From NCBI GenBank assembly GCA_963727715.1, contig CAVSGX010000008.1, positions 1 through 62,737 of the forward strand: DNA of 62,737 bases. Direction: 5' to 3'. Below the pieces are notes generated by a model. It had not been told where the DNA came from and ran no database searches. It worked only from the letters and a program-made list of their open reading frames with translations. Positions within the stretch are counted from its first letter, which is position 1, and every line of letters begins with the position of its first letter. This DNA is from an uncultured bacterium (GTDB taxonomy: Bacteria > Patescibacteriota > Minisyncoccia > Phycocordibacterales > DATDWN01). The translations under genes were made by a program, and so were the position numbers. Shown here piece after piece: positions 8,558-19,562 of the stretch.

Positions 8558-10258
8558 CTACCTGTCCGGCGGAATATTGTAATAGTTTATGAGAAACTTA
8601 ACCAAATCCATAAAAGGCATGGTCAGTGTCTCTGAACTAAAACTGACACCTTTGGGGTTGTAAGTATACAAAAAAATAATAAATTTCGGGTTATAGGCCG
8701 GGAAAAACCCGACGAACGAGTGCAAAAATCTGTCCTCATAATACCCTCCGCCGTTTGGTTTAGCAATTTGTGCCGTACCAGTTTTGACAGCCACACTGTA
8801 ATTAGCCAGTTTAACAGAGCCGTTCATTAAAGTGTTGTCGGCGCTCCAAACCATCATCTGTGCCATCTTTTCAGCCGAGGATTGACTTATGACACGCCTT
8901 TCCACAACAGTCGGAATGTTTTTGGACAAACCAACTCGATAATTTATTTGATTAACAATGTGAGGATTTATCAAAAGTCCGCCATTAGCAATAACCGAAA
9001 GAGCGCGAATGGTAGCTACCGGTGTTAAAGCAATGCCTTGGCCGAAAGCCGCCTCGGCATGTTCCAGATCGCGCGGAGCGTTTAAGTTACTGGTCAGATC
9101 TTTGGCTTCGTTCGGCAAATCAATGCCAGTTTTTTCATCTAAACCAAAGTTATCCATATATTGAGTAAAACGATCATTACCGATCAGTTTTTCGGCGTAA
9201 GCTGCGCCGACATTGAGAGATTGGGACAGGGCGGTCTGCATTGTTACCACGCCACGATTCTTGCTGTCAAAGTCGGAAACTTTTTTGCCGTTGAGCATAA
9301 CGAAGCCCGGATCGTTGTACGTCGTAGTAGCTGTCATCACACCGGTGTCAATGCCGATGGACATGGTCAGTGGTTTGATGATTGAACCCATTTCGTAAAT
9401 ATTTTCAACCAACGGATCGGAAAAAACGGCCGAGCTTTTTTCATTTTGAGGATTATTCGGATCAAAAGTTGGGCTGACGTCCATAGCGTATATTTCGCCG
9501 GTGGACGGATTCATAATAATGCCACCGGTTAAATCTGAATTCCATCTCTCTGTAGTAGTGGCAAGCTCGCTTTGCAAATATTCTTCCACCGTCGGCTCAA
9601 TAGTTGTGACAACATCACCTTCGCCGTTATTGGACTCAATGGATTTGATATTGGAAAAAAGTTGGGCAAAAAAATTAACATTTGAATCATCTGTTCGTTT
9701 TAAAACATTTTCATATTGGCTTTCCAAACCGTACCGACCGGCAAAATCGTTACCACTGTATCCCATAATGCCAACCACTCGGCTGGCTGTGTCATTGCCA
9801 GGGTAGAAACGCCAATTTTCTTTGTAAATATTTAGACCGTTGATTTTCAAATTGCTGATTTCCGGTCCGATATCATCCGAAACTTTTGTGGTAATTTCCT
9901 CATAGGAATCATTTTTTTTGGTGGCCTTGGCTATAAACGAATCGTGATCTATCGGCAATATTGTATTTAATTTTTTGTAAACTTCTTCCGGACTTTGCAA
10001 AACTGTCGGATTTACAGCTATAATAAAACCCGACTTTAAAGTAGCAGCGGGAATCAAATCACCGTCTTTGCTTTTGAAATATATACTACCTCGGTCGAAA
10101 AGAGAGCCAGCAGATGATAAATATTGATGGCTGGCTTTATCAAGATAAATTTTATGATCAACAATTTGCAAAAAATAAAGCCGTCCGATAAGCAGCACAG
10201 CAAAAAGAAAAATAAAAATCGAGACAAGGCGTATGCGAGCCAAAAAATTGAACCTCAT
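8558..10258 (-). CDS. ftsI: penicillin-binding protein 2/FtsI-type transpeptidase
   Basis: 566 aa; N-terminal TM anchor; SxxK (GSIIKP), SxN (SQSLN), KTG (KTGTA). Confidence 0.9.
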   Translation of the reverse strand: MRFNFLARIRLVSIFIFLFAVLLIGRLYFLQIVDHKIYLDKASHQYLSSAGSLFDRGSIYFKSKDGDLIPAATLKSGFIIAVNPTVLQSPEEVYKKLNTILPIDHDSFIAKATKKNDSYEEITTKVSDDIGPEISNLKINGLNIYKENWRFYPGNDTASRVVGIMGYSGNDFAGRYGLESQYENVLKRTDDSNVNFFAQLFSNIKSIESNNGEGDVVTTIEPTVEEYLQSELATTTERWNSDLTGGIIMNPSTGEIYAMDVSPTFDPNNPQNEKSSAVFSDPLVENIYEMGSIIKPLTMSIGIDTGVMTATTTYNDPGFVMLNGKKVSDFDSKNRGVVTMQTALSQSLNVGAAYAEKLIGNDRFTQYMDNFGLDEKTGIDLPNEAKDLTSNLNAPRDLEHAEAAFGQGIALTPVATIRALSVIANGGLLINPHIVNQINYRVGLSKNIPTVVERRVISQSSAEKMAQMMVWSADNTLMNGSVKLANYSVAVKTGTAQIAKPNGGGYYEDRFLHSFVGFFPAYNPKFIIFLYTYNPKGVSFSSETLTMPFMDLVKFLINYYNIPPDR

Positions 10259-10305
10259 ACTGAAAAGTATATCGGAAAAATTCTCCCAATGAAAGATCTC
10301 ATCAA

Positions 10306-10632
10306 TTAATAAGCAACTTTAGCAGAAACACCGGAGTAAACCATACCAACAACTGTTTTTGAAATATAAGTTTTTTGAGAAACGTCTTTGAAACCCATTG
10401 AATAAGCCAGAGGCAGAGTGACTGCATTTTGAGCATTGATATATTGAAATTCGCTATCGCCGACAGAAAGCGATAGTTTGGAAATCTTGCTTTGAAGTTC
10501 CTGGTACAGAACTCCGTTGTGAACAGTTGTGTCGATTGAATACATATAAAAACACAAGCAGAACAGCAAAATGCCAATCAGTGTCCAAAAGATATTTTTT
10601 TCTCTATTCAGTTGCATTATTTTTTCTGCCAT
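10306..10632 (-). CDS. small bitopic membrane protein in the FtsL position
   Basis: 108 aa with a single TM helix, between rsmH and ftsI; assignment by synteny only. Confidence 0.5.
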   Translation of the reverse strand: MAEKIMQLNREKNIFWTLIGILLFCLCFYMYSIDTTVHNGVLYQELQSKISKLSLSVGDSEFQYINAQNAVTLPLAYSMGFKDVSQKTYISKTVVGMVYSGVSAKVAY

Positions 10633-10657
10633 ATGTTTTAGTTTTTAATTGATAATT

Positions 10658-11551
10658 TTATATTTTTTCAATAATTCTTAATTTGGCGCTTCTGGCCCGC
10701 GGATTTTCTTTGACTTCTTCTTCAGACGGTACAATGGGTTTTTTGTTTATTTTTTTACCTTCACCATTTTTGTCGCGTTCGTTAAAAAATTGTTTTACTA
10801 TCCTGTCCTCCAAACTATGAAATGAGATAACGGCTAATCGGCCAGATGGGTTGAGCAGTTCAAAACTTTTTTGCACACCTTCTTTCAAACTTCGGATTTC
10901 GTCATTGACGGTGATGCGCAAGGCCTGAAAGGTTTTTGTGGCCGGATGGATTTTCTGATGGTGATAAAATTTCGGCGTCGCTCCTAAAATGATGTCCACA
11001 AGCTCGGATGTTGTCTCAATCGGTTTGAGAGCTCTCTTGCTGACGATAGCCCGAGCGATGCGCCAAGCGAATTGTTCCTCGCCGTAACCTTGCAAAATAG
11101 CTTCCAGATTTTCCTCATCCCAGTTGTTGACGATTTCTCTAGCCGAGAGCTCACCCTCGTCCAAATTTTTTTTGAAAGACATTATCAGTGGTTCGTCTTT
11201 TTGGAAAGAAAATCCCCTACTCGATTCTTCAAACTGATTGGAAGAAAGTCCGATGTCTAAAAGTATCTTGTCTGCTTTTGAAAAACCGGCTGAATTCAAA
11301 ATGGTGTCAATGTTTCGGAAATTACCTTGCAAAAAAATAATTTTAAAACCTTGTGAGAACAAACGTTCCTTGGCTCTAGCCAAAGCATCTTCATCCAAAT
11401 CAATGCCGATGACTTTGACCTGACTGCCAAACTTTTTGCAGACTTCCTCGCTGTGTCCCCCGCCACCCAAAGTCCCATCCACAAAAATGTCACCCTTTTT
11501 GATTTCAAGTCCATCTATCGCTTTTTGTAAAAGAACTGGCTTATGAATCAT
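10658..11551 (-). CDS. rsmH: 16S rRNA (cytosine1402-N4)-methyltransferase
   Basis: 297 aa; HKPVLL...DGTLGGGGHS, DLGLSSNQ signature motifs. Confidence 0.95.
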   Translation of the reverse strand: MIHKPVLLQKAIDGLEIKKGDIFVDGTLGGGGHSEEVCKKFGSQVKVIGIDLDEDALARAKERLFSQGFKIIFLQGNFRNIDTILNSAGFSKADKILLDIGLSSNQFEESSRGFSFQKDEPLIMSFKKNLDEGELSAREIVNNWDEENLEAILQGYGEEQFAWRIARAIVSKRALKPIETTSELVDIILGATPKFYHHQKIHPATKTFQALRITVNDEIRSLKEGVQKSFELLNPSGRLAVISFHSLEDRIVKQFFNERDKNGEGKKINKKPIVPSEEEVKENPRARSAKLRIIEKI

Positions 11552-11674
11552 AAATTTCTAATTATTCTAATTGATCTAATTTCTAGATAATGTCCAAAAC
11601 CTAATATCTAATTTTGTCTATTTGGTTATTGTGATTTATTTAGGTTGATTAGAAATTAGAGTAATTAGGTTAAT

Positions 11675-12109
11675 TTACAACACCCCCACTTGTCCAAGCT
11701 TCTCTGCCAATGTGTCCGCTTGTTTTTCCACCACTTTCTTGTATTCAGTCCAAGTTTTCTCATTCCAAATTTCCAAACGACTGGAAACTCCGATGACCAC
11801 CACTTTGCTTTTCAATCCGGCTCTGTCGCGCAGAAAATCTGGAATGAGAATTCGACCGATGGAATCAATGTCCGCTTCCACCGCGCCGGCAAACATAAAA
11901 CGGTTGAAACTTCGATTATCGGCCTGACCAAGCGAACCCTGCGAAAGTTTTTCTTCAATTTTTTTCCACTCCTTTTGAGTGAAGACAAACAGACACTGAT
12001 CAAGTCCCGGTGTGACGACAATCTTCTTGCCCATCTCGGCCCGAAACTTGGCCGGAAGAGAAATTCTGTTCTTGTCGTCTATACTGTGTGTGTATTCGCC
12101 GATAAGCAT
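11675..12109 (-). CDS. mraZ: transcriptional regulator MraZ
   Basis: 144 aa; duplicated SpoVT/AbrB-like halves with DDKNRISLP and GRILIP motifs. Confidence 0.95.
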   Translation of the reverse strand: MLIGEYTHSIDDKNRISLPAKFRAEMGKKIVVTPGLDQCLFVFTQKEWKKIEEKLSQGSLGQADNRSFNRFMFAGAVEADIDSIGRILIPDFLRDRAGLKSKVVVIGVSSRLEIWNEKTWTEYKKVVEKQADTLAEKLGQVGVL

Positions 12110-12154
12110 GGTGTGTCGATTTTTTATTAAATTATTAATATTATTTCTTCATTT

Positions 12155-12220
12155 CCCACTCTTTCCCACTTATCAACAATTATATACCACCTGATACCAC
12201 CAGCAAACACTTTTTGCCAC
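12155..12220 (-). promoter_or_regulatory. phased GTGG(G) repeats upstream of mraZ (candidate MraZ operator)
   Basis: On the mraZ strand, GTGGG at 12155..12159 and 12165..12169, and GTGG at 12187..12190, 12197..12200 and 12217..12220; spacings are multiples of about 10 nt, 46-110 nt upstream of the mraZ start. Confidence 0.5.
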
Positions 12221-12225
12221 TTTCC

Positions 12226-12333
12226 TGTGGATAAGTATAAAATGCCTGTCTTTAAGCACGGTTTGACGACTAAAATACAGTTATCCACATATCTAAAAAT
12301 ACTTAATCATCCTTGATGAACAACTGTGGATAA
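12226..12333. promoter_or_regulatory. cluster of three perfect DnaA boxes (TTATCCACA)
   Basis: TGTGGATAA 12226..12234, TTATCCACA 12281..12289, TGTGGATAA 12325..12333; a nearly pure A/T stretch lies at about 12118..12150. Confidence 0.6.
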
Positions 12334-12371
12334 CAAAAAAATTGACTTCTGGAAATATGGGTGTATAAAGA

Positions 12372-12584
12372 ATGTTGGAGGTCATCATGCTATCTATTTT
12401 GCAGTTTGTTTTTTGGTCTTTAGTTATAGTTTGGATAATCGGAGCTGTGCTGTTTTTTCTGGTGTTTATGTGGAATAACCCCAGAAAGAAAGATGATTTC
12501 TTTTTTAGTTTTTTTGTTTCAATGCTATGGCCAGTGTTTTTGAAATTCATTTTTCATGATAATCATAAAAAGCCCGCTATGTAG
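12372..12584 (+). CDS. small two-helix membrane protein (paralog of 14702..14893)
   Basis: 70 aa; GGAGG Shine-Dalgarno upstream; shares FW..V..WxIG and F.SF..S..WP motifs with the 63-aa ORF at 14702. Confidence 0.55.
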   Translation: MLEVIMLSILQFVFWSLVIVWIIGAVLFFLVFMWNNPRKKDDFFFSFFVSMLWPVFLKFIFHDNHKKPAM

Positions 12585-12598
12585 CGGGTCTTGTTTTT
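12572..12598 (+). terminator. rho-independent terminator
   Basis: CCCGCTA-TG-TAGCGGG stem overlapping the stop codon, then TCTTGTTTTT. Confidence 0.6.
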
Positions 12599-12614
12599 GA
12601 TGAAAATTGACCCA

Positions 12615-12642
12615 TTGACTATATTAAACCTTCGTGTATAAT
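12615..12642 (+). promoter_or_regulatory. sigma70-like promoter now pointing into the IS pair (likely the original promoter of the 14702 ORF)
   Basis: TTGACT (12615..12620), 16-nt spacer, TATAAT (12637..12642). Confidence 0.4.
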
Positions 12643-12666
12643 GGTTGGAGGAAGAAACTCCTCCAA

Positions 12667-13623
12667 TTACCCCTCAAGTAGGACAGAACTAATGTTTGAA
12701 TAATAACTCATTGGCGCGCGGAAGCCAATCACTTCTCTCGGTCGGTTGTTTAGGAAGGAATGTATTTCTTGCAATTCTTCCTCAGTGACTGACTCAATAT
12801 CTCTTCGTTTAGGCACAAAACATCTGATCCATCTGTTGGTGTTTTCCACCAGACCTTTTTCCCAAGAATGGTATGGATGTGTAAAATAGATTGGCACTTG
12901 CAGGAGAGTTTCCAACTCTTTCCAACAGGTGAATGCAATATCGTTGTCTGTGGTGATGCTCTTCAATTCAACACCATGGAACAGACGGGAAAGCGCGGCA
13001 CGAATAGTGTCGCGTTTTCTGTTGGGCAGTTTCCTGACCCATGTTCTTTTGGCTTGCCAATCCACAGCAACCAAAAGTACCCACGAACTGTCTTTGGAAA
13101 CGATGAAATCGAGCTCAATGTGTCCTAGACCTTTTCTCTCCGGTCTGACATCAATATACTTCCTGCCATCCTGAATGTGCTTCCAATGATTTCGTTTTCT
13201 CCCACCCTTGTGATTGTTCCAACCCCAAAAAAGCAGGTGGTTTAGACCTCTCGACTCGGCAAATTTGTATATGGCTTTGGCCGAGCAGATGATACCCATT
13301 TCACATTCAAGATACCCGCTAATCTGCTTCGGCGACCAATGATACGGCTTGGTTAATCGTTCCACCACGAATCGACAGAGAAACGGGTCAAGCGCCACTT
13401 TCAGACACTGCTGTTTGGCTCGCCATCTTTTCATTGAAACTTTCTGCTTGGCTTTTTCCGCTTCATACACCCCATTAACACTGTGTTTTTGTATTTCTCT
13501 GCTCACAGTGTTGACACTCCGACCGAGAAATTCGGCAATTTTGCGAATGGCCGAACCGGCGCAATACATCTTTTCAATACAAAACCTCTCTTCAAAAGAC
13601 AAATGATGATATTTGTTTTTCAT
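12667..13623 (-). CDS. IS30 family transposase
   Basis: 318 aa; N-terminal HTH (LSFEERFCIEKMY..GSAIRKIAEFLGRSVNTVSREI) and a DDE region ending HPYHSWEKGLVENTNRWIR. Confidence 0.9.
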   Translation of the reverse strand: MKNKYHHLSFEERFCIEKMYCAGSAIRKIAEFLGRSVNTVSREIQKHSVNGVYEAEKAKQKVSMKRWRAKQQCLKVALDPFLCRFVVERLTKPYHWSPKQISGYLECEMGIICSAKAIYKFAESRGLNHLLFWGWNNHKGGRKRNHWKHIQDGRKYIDVRPERKGLGHIELDFIVSKDSSWVLLVAVDWQAKRTWVRKLPNRKRDTIRAALSRLFHGVELKSITTDNDIAFTCWKELETLLQVPIYFTHPYHSWEKGLVENTNRWIRCFVPKRRDIESVTEEELQEIHSFLNNRPREVIGFRAPMSYYSNISSVLLEG

Positions 13624-13684
13624 ATGACAATTAAAATTAATTTTCGACTAATGCATTAATTCTAACTGTCCTACTTCAAAGGTG
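12668..13684 (-). mobile_element. IS30-family insertion sequence, lineage A (boundaries approximate)
   Basis: Terminal inverted repeats with the core AAGTAGGACAG at 12676..12686 and 13666..13676; a single transposase ORF. Confidence 0.8.
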
Positions 13685-13696
13685 GCTAGGGGACTC

Positions 13697-14696
13697 CGTT
13701 TCCGCACCCCTCAATTTAGACACTTCATTGAATCTAATAATACCTCTTTTGCTGTCCTAAATCCAAGACATTGACGAGGAATTTCGTTTAAAAACTTTTC
13801 AATTGAACGAAGCTCTTCTTCTGTGACTTCTCTCAAATCTTTTCTCTTTGGAACAAACACCCTGATCCATTTGTTTGTATTTTCAACCAAACCCTTTTCC
13901 CAGGAGTGATATGGGTGACAGAAATATATCGAACATTTTAGTTGTTTTTCCAGTTTCCTCCAACAATTAAATGCGATATCATTGTCTAGTGTAATTGTCT
14001 TGACTGGCATATTACGCAGAGAATCCAAGAAAGCACGCAATACCGTTGCGTGCTTTCTGTTTGGAATTTTGCGAGTGATGGTATCTCTGGAATATCGGTC
14101 AACCAAGACAAATAATGAACAAGCGTTGTGAGATGAGACAATGAAATCTCCCTCCCAGTGTCCAGATCTCTCCATTTTCGGTCTGTCTTCAATGTATTTT
14201 CTCTCATCGATGGCTTTACCGTATCTTTTCTTTTTCCAACCACTTTTCTTGTGGTGTTTTCTCCAAAACAGATATCTTTCCAAACATCTGGAATACACGA
14301 ATTTGTACACCGCTTTAGTTGAGATGTTTTTTCCTTGCAGTTTGAAATACCCTGATATTCTCTCCGGCGACCATCCTTCTTTCAATTTCTCCGGAATGAA
14401 TTTGGACAGTTCTCTGTCCAAAGCAGCTTTCATACACTGCTTCTTGCTTAAATATCTCCTCCAGTATGTTTTGTGGTGAGCTTTCTTGGCTACATACAAA
14501 CCTTTCACTTTCTTTTTCATTTCGTAGGCAATGCATGAATGGTGCCGGCCAAGTTTCTTTCCAATTTTCCTTGCACTCCAACCCTCGGAGAACAAAGCTG
14601 AAATCAAAACTCTTTCCTCGTATGACAAATGTTTAAATGTTTTCATATCACTCAATTATTTCTAACTGAGTGTCTAAATTCAAAGGTTAACTAACA
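13697..14696 (-). mobile_element. IS30-family insertion sequence, lineage B, copy 1 (1000 bp)
   Basis: Ends defined by comparing three copies; imperfect IRs sharing AATTTAGACACT; 3-bp direct repeat CTC (13694..13696 and 14697..14699). Confidence 0.9.
13711..14655 (-). CDS. IS30 family transposase
   Basis: 314 aa; protein identical to the ORF at 28228..29172; HPYHSWEKGLVENTNKWIR motif. Confidence 0.9.
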   Translation of the reverse strand: MSDMKTFKHLSYEERVLISALFSEGWSARKIGKKLGRHHSCIAYEMKKKVKGLYVAKKAHHKTYWRRYLSKKQCMKAALDRELSKFIPEKLKEGWSPERISGYFKLQGKNISTKAVYKFVYSRCLERYLFWRKHHKKSGWKKKRYGKAIDERKYIEDRPKMERSGHWEGDFIVSSHNACSLFVLVDRYSRDTITRKIPNRKHATVLRAFLDSLRNMPVKTITLDNDIAFNCWRKLEKQLKCSIYFCHPYHSWEKGLVENTNKWIRVFVPKRKDLREVTEEELRSIEKFLNEIPRQCLGFRTAKEVLLDSMKCLN

Positions 14697-14701
14697 CTCT
14701 T

Positions 14702-14893
14702 ATGCATCTACCAGCACACTTTTGGTGTTTTGTAGCAATGTGGCTCATTGGGTTTATACCAACCCTATACTCTCGTAAGTTAATTGATGGGAAGATCGAA
14801 TTTTATTCTTTTCTTTGGTCAATATTTTGGCCATTTGCCTGGATATTTGTCGTGTTTGTAGAAATCTACGATAATTATTTAGAAAAGCCATAG
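14702..14893 (+). CDS. small membrane protein (paralog of 12372..12584), start codon 5 nt from the IS end
   Basis: 63 aa; conserved W.IG and WP motifs; its likely SD (AGGGGA at about 13688..13693) is now separated from the ATG by IS-B copy 1. Confidence 0.5.
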   Translation: MHLPAHFWCFVAMWLIGFIPTLYSRKLIDGKIEFYSFLWSIFWPFAWIFVVFVEIYDNYLEKP

Positions 14894-14938
14894 ATTATTG
14901 TTTCTCATTTTATTGCCTACGTATTAAAATACAAAAAG

Positions 14939-14970
14939 CCTGTTTTATGAGCAGGTTTTGTTTTTTTATT
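14939..14970. terminator. bidirectional hairpin terminator between convergent genes
   Basis: AGCCTG-TTTTATGAG-CAGGTT with T-runs on both strands; downstream of both the 14702 ORF and lysS. Confidence 0.55.
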
Positions 14971-14977
14971 TTATTTC

Positions 14978-16429
14978 TTATTTCGGTCTCATCAATGGGA
15001 ATAATTGCAACTCGCGCAAAGGTTTGTCGGCAAGAAAAGCGAAGAGACGCTCGCCGAAGCCAAAACCGCAGGTTGGGGGCATACCATGTTCCAGCATTTC
15101 CACGAATTCCCAGTCCGCCATCATAGCTTCTTTGTCGCCGGAATCCAAAAGTTTTTGTTGCACTTCAAATCTTTTTCTCTGATCCACCGGATCGTTGAGC
15201 TCCGAGTATCCCCTGCCCATCTCACTGCCGGCGATAATCGGTTGGAACATCTGCACAGTTTTGCCGTCAGGGTTACTCTTGGCCAGTGGCGCAATAAGAA
15301 TTGGATGATTTATCAGAAATGCCGGACCGGAAATATTTTTGCGACAATACTTCCAAAGCGAGTCAGTCAGACGCTCAATATTTGTGCCATCGTATTTTAC
15401 TCCAAGTTCATCAAGTTTATTTCTCATTTCGTCAGCCGAGGCGGTAGCCACATCCACGCCAACCTGCCTTTTTATTTCCTCACAATAATCAATCAAATCC
15501 CAATCATCTTCCAGATCAAAGGTGTGTCCGCGAGTGGTGAATTTTGATTTGCCAAAAACTTCCCTAGCGATTGTCCGATACATTTTTTTGACCAGTTCCA
15601 TTCCATCATTGTAATCAGCGTAAGCCCAGTAGAATTCCATGTTGGTGAATTCCTGCAAATGTTCAAGTGACGAACCTTCATTGCGATAAACTCGGCCGAT
15701 TTCAAAAGTTTTCGGAAAGCCAGCCGCCATCAAACGTTTCTGCCAGAGCTCGCCGACCGAGATGCGCAAATAAACATCCAAATCATAGTCATTGTGGTGT
15801 GTTTTAAACGGTTCGGCTTCGGCACCGCCTGTTGTCGTCTCCAGAGTAGGTGTTTCCACCTCCAAAAAACCTTCATCTTTCATAAACTGGCGAGTGATAT
15901 CCCAGAATTTGCTTTTTTTCAAAACAAGTTCTCTTAACTCAGAGTCTGTCAGCAAATCCAAATATCGCCTGCGATATCTTTCATCCACATCTTGCAATCC
16001 AGCCCATTTTTCGGGCAGAGGAGCAAGCGATTTGCTGACCATCGTCCAGTTTTTCATCAGGATGCTTTGCTCTCCTGTTTTGGATGTCAGCGCTGTGCCG
16101 GTTACTGAAATAAAATCACCGATGTCCACCGTGTCCACGAAAAGAGAAAAAGTTTCTTCCGAAAGTTCGTCTTTTTTTATGATTGCCTGCATCTTCTCGG
16201 TGCCGTCAAAAAGCACAGCGAAAAGTATGGCCCCTTGTCCGCGGATAGCCATAACTCGGCCAGCCACGGAAAACTCCTTGCCTTCGTATTCAAAATCTTT
16301 GAAATTTTCACGCGCTTCGGAAATAGAAAAATCCCGCGCGATTTTGGCCGGGTATGGGTCAATACCTTTTGATTTTAAAATCTCGATTTTGTTTAGCCGA
16401 GCTTTTTTAATTTCGTCTAACGATGCCAT
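14978..16429 (-). CDS. lysS: lysine--tRNA ligase (class II)
   Basis: 483 aa; OB-fold N-domain, class II motifs (FLEVETPTL, YRNEGSSLEHLQEFTNMEFY, GFGFGERL). Confidence 0.95.
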   Translation of the reverse strand: MASLDEIKKARLNKIEILKSKGIDPYPAKIARDFSISEARENFKDFEYEGKEFSVAGRVMAIRGQGAILFAVLFDGTEKMQAIIKKDELSEETFSLFVDTVDIGDFISVTGTALTSKTGEQSILMKNWTMVSKSLAPLPEKWAGLQDVDERYRRRYLDLLTDSELRELVLKKSKFWDITRQFMKDEGFLEVETPTLETTTGGAEAEPFKTHHNDYDLDVYLRISVGELWQKRLMAAGFPKTFEIGRVYRNEGSSLEHLQEFTNMEFYWAYADYNDGMELVKKMYRTIAREVFGKSKFTTRGHTFDLEDDWDLIDYCEEIKRQVGVDVATASADEMRNKLDELGVKYDGTNIERLTDSLWKYCRKNISGPAFLINHPILIAPLAKSNPDGKTVQMFQPIIAGSEMGRGYSELNDPVDQRKRFEVQQKLLDSGDKEAMMADWEFVEMLEHGMPPTCGFGFGERLFAFLADKPLRELQLFPLMRPK

Positions 16430-16474
16430 GACAATATTCTATCACAAAATTTTTGCAAAACAAAAGGCGTATCG

Positions 16475-16804
16475 CTACGCCTCCATAGATTTTTCTTTGG
16501 CTATTTTTTCTAGATTATGACATTCTTGTCCTGTTTCTCTCATCCACTCATCCGCATAGGCACAAAGAGGAATAATCTCCCACCAATAAAAATAAGGGGA
16601 CTCATCAATTTGCATGTCTAATATTTTTGATCTTAAATCACGAGCAAACTGTAGGGCTTGTCTTTTTTGACTTTCATATTCCGGCCAGAAGATCTCTTTT
16701 TTTGCAATTTTCCTCTTACTTATCTCACCGGCAATCATACGAACTATCTTACAGAGTAAATAAAAAGCAGACGCCCACATCGCAAGCAACCAAACTTCTC
16801 GCAT
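16475..16804 (-). CDS. hypothetical membrane-anchored protein
   Basis: 109-aa ORF with an N-terminal hydrophobic helix. Confidence 0.45.
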   Translation of the reverse strand: MREVWLLAMWASAFYLLCKIVRMIAGEISKRKIAKKEIFWPEYESQKRQALQFARDLRSKILDMQIDESPYFYWWEIIPLCAYADEWMRETGQECHNLEKIAKEKSMEA

Positions 16805-16847
16805 TTAGTACCTCCTTTTTTAGATTAACACAAAATACAAATCGAGT

Positions 16848-17309
16848 CTACTTCACATCGACAACAGTGTAGGTCAGCTCACCGTTCGGAGCAGTGAAAG
16901 AAAATTTTTCGCCCTTCTTTTTACCCAGAACAGCCTGACCGAAAGGTGAACGAACGGAGATTTTATTTGTAGCCACATCGGCTTCTTCCGAGCCGACGAT
17001 TGTGTATGATACCTTTTTGTCGTCCTTCTCTACCACCACAGTTGAGCCGACACCGACCGCGCCAGTGCTGACATGGTCGGAGACGATAACCGCATTTTTC
17101 AAAAGCAGTTCCAGTTTGGCGATTCTGTCCTCAATGGTAGCCTGCATATCGCGAGCCTCGTGGTATTCGGCATTCTCCGAAAGGTCGCCCAAAGCTTTGG
17201 AATACTCCAGATTCTCCGCCACCTCTTTGCGACGAACATTTTTCAATTCTGAAAGTTCTTTTTTAAATTGATCAAACTTCTCCTGCGTCAGATATTCTTT
17301 TTCGTTCAT
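16848..17309 (-). CDS. greA: transcription elongation factor GreA
   Basis: 153 aa; coiled-coil with GDLSENAEYHEAR and a C-terminal SVRSPFGQALLGKKKGE-type domain. Confidence 0.95.
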   Translation of the reverse strand: MNEKEYLTQEKFDQFKKELSELKNVRRKEVAENLEYSKALGDLSENAEYHEARDMQATIEDRIAKLELLLKNAVIVSDHVSTGAVGVGSTVVVEKDDKKVSYTIVGSEEADVATNKISVRSPFGQAVLGKKKGEKFSFTAPNGELTYTVVDVK

Positions 17310-17418
17310 TTGTTTTTGTATAAAAAATAATTACGACCATTATAAGCTAAAAAATGATAATGGTCAATTTTGTGATTTTCAAAATCCGTCTCGCCGAAAT
17401 TTTGGAAATCACACAAAA

Positions 17419-19271
<1,853 letters not shown>

Positions 19272-19291
19272 TTTTTTAAATTGATTTTATT

Positions 19292-19543
19292 TTACAAATA
19301 ACGAGTGCCTAAAAAAGCAAATAGGAAAAAAGCTAGGGAAACAAACAGAAACAGCACTTTAACAATGTAAATTTCTTTTCGGCCCATCCCATATTTCGAC
19401 CAATGATACCAAAGGACAACGCTAACCACGAAGTACACAGCGAAAAAAACAACCAGAATCACGGAAAAAACCGTTGAATTAAAAATCGAAGATAATTTGG
19501 CAAATGGAAACTGGGGCAATATTTGTGAGGTATCGAGTTGCAT
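19292..19543 (-). CDS. small membrane protein
   Basis: 83 aa, two hydrophobic helices. Confidence 0.45.
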   Translation of the reverse strand: MQLDTSQILPQFPFAKLSSIFNSTVFSVILVVFFAVYFVVSVVLWYHWSKYGMGRKEIYIVKVLFLFVSLAFFLFAFLGTRYL

Positions 19544-19562
19544 ATTCTAATTGTACTCTATT

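Noticed and set aside
12118-12333. Firm assignment of the DnaA-box cluster as oriC
   Set aside because: It is kept as a finding but not called as an origin. dnaA and dnaN are absent from the window, and gene orientation to the right of the site does not diverge from it.
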